Source of the DNA: Fidelibacterota bacterium
GTDB taxonomy: Bacteria > Fidelibacterota > Marinisomatia > Marinisomatales > S15-B10
Assembly (NCBI GenBank): GCA_002729175.1
Contig: PBTS01000069.1
Span: 1-10,547, forward strand
Direction of reading: 5' to 3'
Length of the DNA stretch: 10,547 bases
The translations under genes were made by a program, and so were the position numbers. Under the pieces are notes generated by a model. It ran no database searches, was not told the origin of the DNA, and saw nothing but the letters and a program-made list of their open reading frames with translations. The stretch's first letter is position 1. Each line of letters begins with the position of its first letter. Below, one piece after another: positions 1-7,020 of the stretch.

Positions 1-1729
1 CTAATTCTTCATCGGGAGGCATATCAAGATCCTGCCATAAATAGGAATCAAATTCCCTGAGCGTCAGAATACTGACAGCTGCCTGCCGGTTATTAATAGT
101 CATCCGGTGATCCCATGAACCCATAAGTTTCAACGCCCCATTCACAAGGGGATCATCACTCTTTACTTCAGCGACTAACTTTTCAATGAACTGAACATGT
201 TTTGATTGCTGAGAATAAGAAAGATCGAATTTCGCTTTAATAAATTCGTCAAAAGTCATTGAGTCATTATTGGTAAAAATTTCTTGGGCTCGAAGAGAAC
301 GATTGGTCTTATGAGTCTCGATTCCCATGGTGGATGAAAAAAGTGCGGGGACAGGGTTGTCGCCTTCCCCGGAAGACATGAACGGTGTGTGGTTACAGGT
401 TTGGACAAAACCGGATGACGGGTTCAGCACTTGAGGAATCTCTGACAGCGGAAGAAACTCGTTCCAAACAACAGCGGAGGTGTCACCAGGAAGATAGTCT
501 TGCCAATCGAAGGCTTCATCCCGTTTCGGAAACCGCCCATTATAGATATAGAAAATGTTGCCCTCTCTGTCAGCATAAACCGTATTGAAGCTGGGAATGG
601 CCACCATTTCCATGGCTTCCGTAAACTGTGCGAGGTTTTCAGCTTTGTTCATTCTGTACCACTGATCAACAGCTCGAATGTCTGTCAAACTGGAATGGCG
701 AATAGCAAAAGTACCGAAAGGACGCCTGATGACAGGGCCGTGGATTGACCATAAGCCTTCCCGGTTGATCGTCCATTTAATTGGCCCCCAAAGCTTTACA
801 GTAATGGGAACCTTAAACTTTTCAAACTCCAGCCACTTGCCGTCATAGCGATACTTGTCTTTGTTTCGAGGATTGATAACAAGTTCATAGACGTCAATGA
901 GGTCAGGCTGATTAACCGTATGGGTCCACCCTTTGTTATAATCATGGCCGACGCCAAAAACAGGCATGCCAGGGAAAAGAGCACCAGACACCTGCCACCC
1001 TTCTTCACTTTTTACGTGTGCCTCATACCAGGCTAAGGGACCGTTCCAAGGCTGATGCGTATTTGAGAGGAAAAAAGTGCCTCCATCGGCTGTCCGCGAA
1101 GGTGACACACCAAAACCGTTGGAGCCCACGGGTATTCCGCCGAAGGTGTCTGCCAGATGCAGTTCGTCGGAGGAAGAAGCCAAATTTTCGGGCCTTTGAT
1201 TTCGCATAAGCCTGCGAATAACACCATCCAGTCCAAAAAAGAAGGTGGTTTTAAGAGAGAAGCCTGCAACTATGTCCTTCCCGGAAACAGGGTAAAGACC
1301 GGCTGTTCCCGAATCGGGGTGGCGAGCAATATAATAATTAATTCCGTCGGCGTAGGCTTCGCAAACTTCTCTCACTTCTAGGGAAAGGTCCGTTTCATAC
1401 TTTTCTTCCACCGTTTCATATAGCTTAAAAAGTTTGACTAGAAAATCGATGGGGGCGGATTTAATTCCCTGATAGGAAGCGAGAATCCCCCGAGCAGAAA
1501 GAAGAGAAATTTCTATGTTTTCTAAGTCATCTTCGGCGTGGGCGTAGGCGAGACCAAAGGCCACATCAGCATCGGTTTTACCGTATATGTGGGGAACACC
1601 CCAGGTATCCCTATAGATAGTTACGTCAAAACGGTCACCCAAATCTGACGGAGCCCGCCAGGTGGAAACAGAGGCACAGGATATAAGAAGTAAACTTGAA
1701 AAAAATAATGGAAAACGAAACCGGAACAC
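1..1729 (-). CDS. Penicillin acylase family Ntn-hydrolase (peptidase S45; cephalosporin/AHL-acylase-like), predicted lipoprotein; 3' end beyond window
   Basis: Hand translation from GTG at 1729 is stop-free for 576 codons to the window edge: MFRFRFPLFFSSLLLISCASVSTW...VTIYRDTWGVPHIYGKTDADVAFGLAYAHAEDD (alpha-chain signature)...GIPVG|SNGFGVSPSRTADGGTFFLSNTHQPWNGPLAWYEAH (beta-chain N-terminal Ser at 1121-1123)...GWTHTVN...FNTVYADREGNIFY...PQVLNPSSGFVQTCNHTPF. Lipobox LISC at residues 15-18. Start lies 5 nt after the thioesterase stop. Confidence 0.93.
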   Translation of the reverse strand, partial: MFRFRFPLFFSSLLLISCASVSTWRAPSDLGDRFDVTIYRDTWGVPHIYGKTDADVAFGLAYAHAEDDLENIEISLLSARGILASYQGIKSAPIDFLVKLFKLYETVEEKYETDLSLEVREVCEAYADGINYYIARHPDSGTAGLYPVSGKDIVAGFSLKTTFFFGLDGVIRRLMRNQRPENLASSSDELHLADTFGGIPVGSNGFGVSPSRTADGGTFFLSNTHQPWNGPLAWYEAHVKSEEGWQVSGALFPGMPVFGVGHDYNKGWTHTVNQPDLIDVYELVINPRNKDKYRYDGKWLEFEKFKVPITVKLWGPIKWTINREGLWSIHGPVIRRPFGTFAIRHSSLTDIRAVDQWYRMNKAENLAQFTEAMEMVAIPSFNTVYADREGNIFYIYNGRFPKRDEAFDWQDYLPGDTSAVVWNEFLPLSEIPQVLNPSSGFVQTCNHTPFMSSGEGDNPVPALFSSTMGIETHKTNRSLRAQEIFTNNDSMTFDEFIKAKFDLSYSQQSKHVQFIEKLVAEVKSDDPLVNGALKLMGSWDHRMTINNRQAAVSILTLREFDSYLWQDLDMPPDEEL

Positions 1730-1734
1730 AGTTT

Positions 1735-2202
1735 TTACCATCGATGGTAGGCGGGATGCCCCGGTTTCACCGCCACAAAAGTCCCTTTGCAAGTCGCACA
1801 CACTTTACCGTTAACCACCAGCTCAGCTTCCGTCTTAGCCTTGTTTTCGGTCGTTTCCAATACGCGAGCCACAAGACGAATTAAGCCACCTGTAGGTGTC
1901 GGTCGCGCTAGCTTGATGGAATAGTCAGCTGTTACCGTGGCAGGCACGTTCTCCCTCCCAGCCTGTTTCATTAGATAATAAGCGGCTGTCCAATTGGAAT
2001 GACAATCGAGAAGGGTACCGATAATACCGCCATTCAGGACGCCAGGCCACGCTTCGTGATGAGACTCAGGTGTCCAATCAGCTACTACCTCGTCACCCTC
2101 AACGAAACTTTTGATTTGCAGTCCTTTCTCGTTTGCCGGACCGCATCCAAAACAGACGTTTTCCGGAGCATACGTATCTTGAAGGCTTTTGTTAACAACC
2201 AC
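1735..2202 (-). CDS. PaaI-family hotdog-fold thioesterase
   Basis: 155 aa with N-terminal CFGCGPANEKGL, then HEAWPGVLNGGIIGTLLD (HGG-like motif and conserved Asp) and VTADYSIKLARPTP, typical of PaaI/4HBT-like thioesterases. GTG start; an in-frame TAA four codons upstream limits any extension. Confidence 0.88.
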   Translation of the reverse strand: MVVNKSLQDTYAPENVCFGCGPANEKGLQIKSFVEGDEVVADWTPESHHEAWPGVLNGGIIGTLLDCHSNWTAAYYLMKQAGRENVPATVTADYSIKLARPTPTGGLIRLVARVLETTENKAKTEAELVVNGKVCATCKGTFVAVKPGHPAYHRW

Positions 2203-2231
2203 GATTAGAACTTATGAATTTCATCTGTTCC

Positions 2232-3644
2232 TCAGGCTTCCTGAAGTTGACCACCTACCATATCTTTATATTTTTCCACGGAAACCATTTCGCTTTTTTC
2301 AACTTTCTGAAGGCCCCATCTCAACCATAGAAGGGCAACCAGTGCTGACACTAAAGTTGATATAAGCTGAGCAATCCAGATCCATTCCACACTCTTATCC
2401 AAAACAAATACAAAAAATGATGCCAGAGAAATACTCAAAAGTATGACCCTCAGGAAGGTGACAATAAAAATGGGCATTCCAAATCCCAACCCCTGAAGAA
2501 CTCTTCCACTAATCATAGCGATCGGGATGAAAGGGTAGGAGAATACAATAATCCTCAAATACCGGGTACCTAATTGCACAATGTTATCACTATCCGTAAA
2601 AGCAGTCATAATCACAGGTGCTAGAACAAAGAAAATGAGTGCAAAGACAACTCCTATAACCGCTGCTCTGCTCATGCCATATTTGATGATCTGACGTACC
2701 AGATCTAACCGTTTTGCACCAAAGAACATACCCACAAGAGTTACCAGGCCCGTGGCGATAGATATAAAAGGAACAAACACGGCATGTTCCACCCGACCGC
2801 CAACTTGAAATGCTGCCACAGCATCACTGGTAAAGGAAACCAGAATTCGATTAAACGTCCCCCCTCCCAACGACATGATTACCATAGAGAACGACGCCGG
2901 CATACCAATGGTGAATATCTTTTTGAGAATGTTCATAGAAAAGCTGAAATCCCGTAAAGCGAAAGTGACGTAGGCATGCTTCTTAACAAAAAGTAGGTAG
3001 ACAAACGCCAGCGCCACACATGCCTGACTTAGCACTGTTGCTAACGCTGCTCCCTGGACACCAAGTCCAAAACCGAAAATGAGAATAGGGTCAAGAATAA
3101 TATTAAGAATCGTGCCACTACCCTGAATTATAACAGGTGTTTTTACATCACCTTCTCCGGAGAGAATGGAACGGAAGAAGACCGACAATACCATAAAGAT
3201 ATATCCCAAGACAATGATCCTGAAGTAAGACCACGCAAGATACTTCATTTCCTCCGGCACACCGATGATCGACAGAATGGACTCTCCCCAACGCAGTCCG
3301 GCGAAGGTGAAAACGACTCCAAGGATTATTCCCAAGACGATACCGTGTTCGGCGCTGTTGTCGGCATTCTTTTTATCTTCGGCGCCTATGAACTGCGCCA
3401 CAACAGCCGTTACGCCGGAGCCTAGGCCGAAAGTGATTCCGAGACCAAAGAAAAGCAGCGGCATATTAAAGGCCAACGCCGTTAGTGAATCGGCACTCAC
3501 TTGACCAACAAAAATCATATCAACGATCATGTAAACTGTCTGAATCATCATCCCAAACATCATCGGAACGGCAAGTTTCCAGAGAGCCTTTTTGGGGTTG
3601 TCGATGAACTCCTTCAAGCGGGATTGTTTTTTTTGATTCTTCAT
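2232..3644 (-). CDS. MATE family efflux transporter (DinF/PfMATE-like)
   Basis: 470 aa with about 12 hydrophobic segments. Motifs PKKALWKLAVPMM, QTVYMIVD (TM1 Asp), AQFIGA, LSGEGDVKTP, LNIILDPILIFG.GLGVQGAALAT, VGMFFGAK. The N-lobe Asp/Asn/Asp/Thr ion-coupling set is recognisable. Confidence 0.95.
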   Translation of the reverse strand: MKNQKKQSRLKEFIDNPKKALWKLAVPMMFGMMIQTVYMIVDMIFVGQVSADSLTALAFNMPLLFFGLGITFGLGSGVTAVVAQFIGAEDKKNADNSAEHGIVLGIILGVVFTFAGLRWGESILSIIGVPEEMKYLAWSYFRIIVLGYIFMVLSVFFRSILSGEGDVKTPVIIQGSGTILNIILDPILIFGFGLGVQGAALATVLSQACVALAFVYLLFVKKHAYVTFALRDFSFSMNILKKIFTIGMPASFSMVIMSLGGGTFNRILVSFTSDAVAAFQVGGRVEHAVFVPFISIATGLVTLVGMFFGAKRLDLVRQIIKYGMSRAAVIGVVFALIFFVLAPVIMTAFTDSDNIVQLGTRYLRIIVFSYPFIPIAMISGRVLQGLGFGMPIFIVTFLRVILLSISLASFFVFVLDKSVEWIWIAQLISTLVSALVALLWLRWGLQKVEKSEMVSVEKYKDMVGGQLQEA

Positions 3645-3681
3645 TATTATGCCGGCTCAGGATCTCCCCAGATGAGCTGAT

Positions 3682-3710
3682 ATTATATTGTTAAACCTGC
3701 AATACTGGAA
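3682..3710 (-). promoter_or_regulatory. Putative sigma70-type promoter for MATE-thioesterase-acylase
   Basis: Minus strand TTCCAG (3710-3705), 17 nt spacer, perfect TATAAT (3687-3682), inside the largest intergenic gap (143 nt) and 37 nt upstream of the MATE ATG. Confidence 0.55.
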
Positions 3711-3787
3711 AAGCCCAAAATCCGCCACAAGTTTAACTCTGACTCAATAGTGATAAAACGGTCTTTTTCCGGCCACCCGAAAAATAA

Positions 3788-4681
3788 CTAAAATCGGCGG
3801 GAGAAACCGACACCTAGGCTCATGCCGCCCACACCACTGTTCGCCATGGCAAAACCTACTGAGACCCTCTGCAGACTGTATCCAAAGCCGAGAGAGAAAC
3901 CGGAGGCGATATCCCGCCATAGTTCTCCCGTCTGAAGATCGGAACGGAAGGAACTTGTGCCAAGCTGTAGAAAAAGTCCTTTCGGCAACGCAAACTCACC
4001 TCCCAATCTGAAAAGACTGCGCTGCTCCCACCAGACTGCATCGGCAGAAAGAGTGAGCGGCAAATATTCCATTTTTCTTGTGACACCTAGAGCCACAGAT
4101 GTGGGGATCATTTCCGTATGCGACGTGTACTCCTGAACGGTGGTGCCGAGGTTACGAACAGAAACACCCAGTGATGTTTCAAGCTGCGGTATGGTCACTC
4201 TGCCGCCCAATGAAACAAGGCCCAGTACAGCAGTGACATCTCCTACACTGCTTTGAAACATTCCCGCTGATATACCCACATCAGCCAATGGAGATAGACT
4301 TTTTGCCACAGCTACGTTGAGCCAGGCATCACCGGCGGAAAACGAACCCAAGTCGTTGCCATCGCGGTCACGTTCTTTGAAATTCCCATAGTTGACACCC
4401 CGAAAAGTGGCAGCTATGGACACCCCTTTCACAGTCATTCGCCACTCAGCTAACTGAGATTGAACCGTAGCGGGATAACGTACAGCCGAAAGAATCAATG
4501 TTTTCTCTTTGCCTGACAACAGGGCGGGATTCAGTGATGAAACATCCGCCCCAAGAACGTCCGCTACGCCGCTGCCGGACATTCCGAGAGAGCGAACGTG
4601 ATAGGAAATGTCGAGAGACTGGTAAGAAGTTTGCGCCCAAGCGGATCCCATGAGAAAAAAAATTAATAATGTTTTCCGCAT
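3788..4681 (-). CDS. PorV/PorQ-family (UPF0164/FadL-like fold) outer-membrane beta-barrel protein
   Basis: Preferred start ATG 4681 (297 aa) gives signal peptide MRKTLLIFFLMGSAWA|Q. N-terminal YQSLDISYHVRSLGMSGSGVA...LNPALL resembles the family's FL.i...aR..gMG...NPA.L motif; NYGNFKERDRDGNDLGSFSAGD and GVSVRNLG are also family-like. Alternating beta-strand pattern and C-terminal Phe (GFSRRF). Confidence 0.75.
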   Translation of the reverse strand: MRKTLLIFFLMGSAWAQTSYQSLDISYHVRSLGMSGSGVADVLGADVSSLNPALLSGKEKTLILSAVRYPATVQSQLAEWRMTVKGVSIAATFRGVNYGNFKERDRDGNDLGSFSAGDAWLNVAVAKSLSPLADVGISAGMFQSSVGDVTAVLGLVSLGGRVTIPQLETSLGVSVRNLGTTVQEYTSHTEMIPTSVALGVTRKMEYLPLTLSADAVWWEQRSLFRLGGEFALPKGLFLQLGTSSFRSDLQTGELWRDIASGFSLGFGYSLQRVSVGFAMANSGVGGMSLGVGFSRRF

Positions 4682-4685
4682 TATT

Positions 4686-6917
4686 TTAGAGGAGAGATAT
4701 GGGATCAACATCCATAGTAACCCTGACATTTCCTTTCTTTCCCTTTTGCTCTGATCCGGTGAAATGCTGTTTCAGGAATGTATGAAAAAGTGCGCCGTTT
4801 TTATCCTTCTGTTTCGGTGATTTGAAAATGATCTGATACCTGTAGTTCCCACGGAGACGCTCCACGGGGCAGGGCGCTGGCCCCATAATCTCTAACCATT
4901 GCGGTTTTTCACTAATCTTTTTCAGGTGATTCTCAGCTGTTGAGCAGACCTTTTTCTCATCCGGTCCGGAAAATTCTACTCTTGCCATCCAACTGAAAGG
5001 AGCATACATCAGTTCCTTACGCTCATTTAGGCAGATATTGTAGTATTTTTCAATATCAAGCTGAGACGCGGATTTTATAGCAGGATCATCAGGATGGCTG
5101 GTCTGTATAACTGCTTCTCCAGGCTTGTTGCCACGGCCTGAGCGGCCCGCCACTTGGTAAATGAGCTGAAAAGTCCTCTCCCCGGCCCTGAAATCGGGCA
5201 GAAAAAGTCCTGTGTCAGCATTGACAACACCCACTAATGTGACGTTAGGAAAGTCGAGGCCTTTGGCAATCATCTGAGTTCCTAAAAGAACATCATACCG
5301 TCCTTCACCAAACTCCTTTAGAATTTTAGCGAAAGCTCCCTTCCGGCGGGTGGTATCCATATCCATCCTCACGAACTGAATGTCAGGAAATTTGCGTATG
5401 AGAACTTCTTCCACTTTTTGAGTCCCCGTTCCGCCAAACCTTAGTGTACCATCACACTTGGCACAGAGCTTGGGAACAGGTTTCTGAAAATTACAGTAGT
5501 GACACTTCAGTAACGAATCTGATTTATGAAACGTCAGTACGATCTGACAGTGGTTGCACATCTCCACTTCACCACAGTCTACACAAGTGACCACCGATGC
5601 AAAACCCCGCCTGTTCTGAAGCAAAATTATCTGTTCCCCACGTTCCATCCGCTCAGCAATTTTTTCAGTCAGTTCTCTTGAGAGAATAATGGAATAATCC
5701 TCCAATACGGCACGCTCTTCATTCATGTCCACCAGATGGACTCTGGGATAGAGCGCATCACCATACCGGGATGTCAGCCTGATATAGTTCAGCTTGTTCA
5801 TGGCCTGATTGTAGTACGATTCCATACTCGGTGTGGCACCGGCAAGCAGCGTGATGGCTTGGCTCAGTTTCCCCCTCATAAGGGCTACATCTCGGGCATG
5901 ATACCGCGGAGCGGGGCTCTCCTGCTTAAAGCTCCCCTCCTGCTCTTCGTCAACCACAATGAGGCCCACCTTTTTCATGGGGGTGAAGATAGCACTCCTG
6001 GCACCCACCACAACCGAGTACTTCCCGGCGCAGATCTGGCGCCACGTCCAGCTTCTCTCAGCAGATGTCATACGGCTGTGCCAGATGGCCACCTCCTCAC
6101 CGAACACTGACCAAAACCGTCCGGCAATCTGGGGCGTAAGGGAAATTTCAGGCAAAAGAATGATGGAGGTCCTGCCGAGCTGTTGCGCAGCTCGTGCCAG
6201 ATGAATGTACACCTCCGTCTTTCCACTGCCTGTAACTCCATGAAGTAATGAAGCACTGTACAGACCTTGCTTCATAGACTTCATTATTTCGTCAACAACT
6301 GCCTGTTGCTCAGCTGTCAGTACAATCTTTTTGTGAACAGAAGTCACTTTAAGTCCGCCCAGCTCCGGTTCCCTGGTAATGGCCCGAATTGCTACAAGGC
6401 CTTTTTTTTCAAGAGATCGGCAGACGGCGGAAGCCCGGTCAGAAACATCAGCAAGATCTTTTACAAAAAGTGTCCCGCCCCGGTTAGATATTGCCTGAAC
6501 AATTTTGTATTGTTTGGGTGCTTTTTTCTTTAGCTCCTGTAGCTGACCGGAAGAAATTTTTTCAGCGCTCACTTCCAGAATCTGGGCCGGCTCATATTGT
6601 TGCGACAGACCGGACGGCACCGCCGACCGCATCACTTGCCCCAGAGGTGTAAGGTAGTAATCGCTGACCCACGAAATGAGCTGCCAGAGCGTATCGTCCA
6701 AAAGTGGTACGTCATCCACAACTTCACTAATGAGTTGAATCTTACCTTTAAACTTAGCCTTGTCTCCCAAGCCCACAACAACACCCTGAACCGCCTTGCG
6801 CCGGCCCAGCGGTGCCTTAACGCGAATTCCTGTCTGAATCACACCATCCAGCGGCTGCGGTATCCGGTAAGTAAAGACCCGCCAGCTTGAGATGGGGAAA
6901 GAGACGTCAGCGTACAT
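4686..6917 (-). CDS. priA: Primosomal protein N' (replication restart helicase PriA)
   Basis: 743 aa. N-terminal 3'-binding domain (FTYRIP...GIRVKAPLG), LHGVTGSGKTEVY, LLPEISLTPQ, GARSAIF, DEEQE..FKQ...PRYHARD, LQNRRGFA, four CxxC motifs (CVDC, CNHC, CHYC, CAKC), GTQMIAKGLDFPNVTLV, QVAGRSGR, C-terminal DVDP. Confidence 0.98.
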   Translation of the reverse strand: MYADVSFPISSWRVFTYRIPQPLDGVIQTGIRVKAPLGRRKAVQGVVVGLGDKAKFKGKIQLISEVVDDVPLLDDTLWQLISWVSDYYLTPLGQVMRSAVPSGLSQQYEPAQILEVSAEKISSGQLQELKKKAPKQYKIVQAISNRGGTLFVKDLADVSDRASAVCRSLEKKGLVAIRAITREPELGGLKVTSVHKKIVLTAEQQAVVDEIMKSMKQGLYSASLLHGVTGSGKTEVYIHLARAAQQLGRTSIILLPEISLTPQIAGRFWSVFGEEVAIWHSRMTSAERSWTWRQICAGKYSVVVGARSAIFTPMKKVGLIVVDEEQEGSFKQESPAPRYHARDVALMRGKLSQAITLLAGATPSMESYYNQAMNKLNYIRLTSRYGDALYPRVHLVDMNEERAVLEDYSIILSRELTEKIAERMERGEQIILLQNRRGFASVVTCVDCGEVEMCNHCQIVLTFHKSDSLLKCHYCNFQKPVPKLCAKCDGTLRFGGTGTQKVEEVLIRKFPDIQFVRMDMDTTRRKGAFAKILKEFGEGRYDVLLGTQMIAKGLDFPNVTLVGVVNADTGLFLPDFRAGERTFQLIYQVAGRSGRGNKPGEAVIQTSHPDDPAIKSASQLDIEKYYNICLNERKELMYAPFSWMARVEFSGPDEKKVCSTAENHLKKISEKPQWLEIMGPAPCPVERLRGNYRYQIIFKSPKQKDKNGALFHTFLKQHFTGSEQKGKKGNVRVTMDVDPISLL

Positions 6918-6952
6918 GCAACGAAGATAGACGGGAGGTTAGGAATCTGCAA
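6917..6952 (-). promoter_or_regulatory. Putative sigma70 promoter producing a leaderless priA mRNA
   Basis: Minus strand TTGCAG (6952-6947), 17 nt, TATCTT (6929-6924), 6 nt, then ATG (6917). No Shine-Dalgarno sequence between the terminator and the ATG. Confidence 0.55.
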
Positions 6953-6981
6953 CAAAAAACCCCCGTCGCAGCGGGGGTTTT
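6951..6981 (-). terminator. Rho-independent terminator of the pth-hppA-rpsF-rpsR-rplI transcript
   Basis: Minus strand AAAACCCCCG-CTGCGA-CGGGGGTTTTTTGTT: GC-rich stem, 6-nt loop and U-tract, 26 nt after the rplI stop. The flanking A/T runs could make it bidirectional. Confidence 0.88.
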
Positions 6982-6983
6982 AC

Positions 6984-7020
6984 AATTAAAGAATGAGGCC
7001 CTTCGCCTCATTCTTTAATT
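6984..7020. repeat. Perfect 16-bp inverted repeat overlapping the rplI stop codon
   Basis: aattaaagaatgaggc (6984-6999), ccttc, gcctcattctttaatt (7005-7020); the arms are exact reverse complements. Confidence 0.9.

Noticed and set aside
385..1381. Six short ORFs (63-82 aa) suggesting a pseudogene or small-protein cluster
   Set aside because: All are alternative-frame or antisense shadows of the intact acylase frame, which the track omitted because it has no stop in the window.
1390..1420. 10-bp direct repeat ccgtttcata x2, 21 nt apart
   Set aside because: Encodes YET...YET within the acylase; only two short copies and not CRISPR-like.
3627..3634. A8/T8 homopolymers here and at 4655-4662 and 6402-6409 as phase-variation or frameshift sites
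   Set aside because: All reading frames are intact; the runs are explained by Lys/Phe codons and are short.
3645..3787. Riboswitch or ncRNA in the 143-nt gap upstream of the MATE gene
   Set aside because: No recognisable aptamer consensus. Only a small imperfect hairpin (3655-3677), and the promoter candidate leaves a leader of about 30 nt. An Rfam scan would settle it.
4682..4729. ORF-track start at 4729 for the barrel protein
   Set aside because: Overlaps priA by 44 nt and buries the signal peptide; ATG 4681 gives a clean signal and sits 4 nt after the priA stop.
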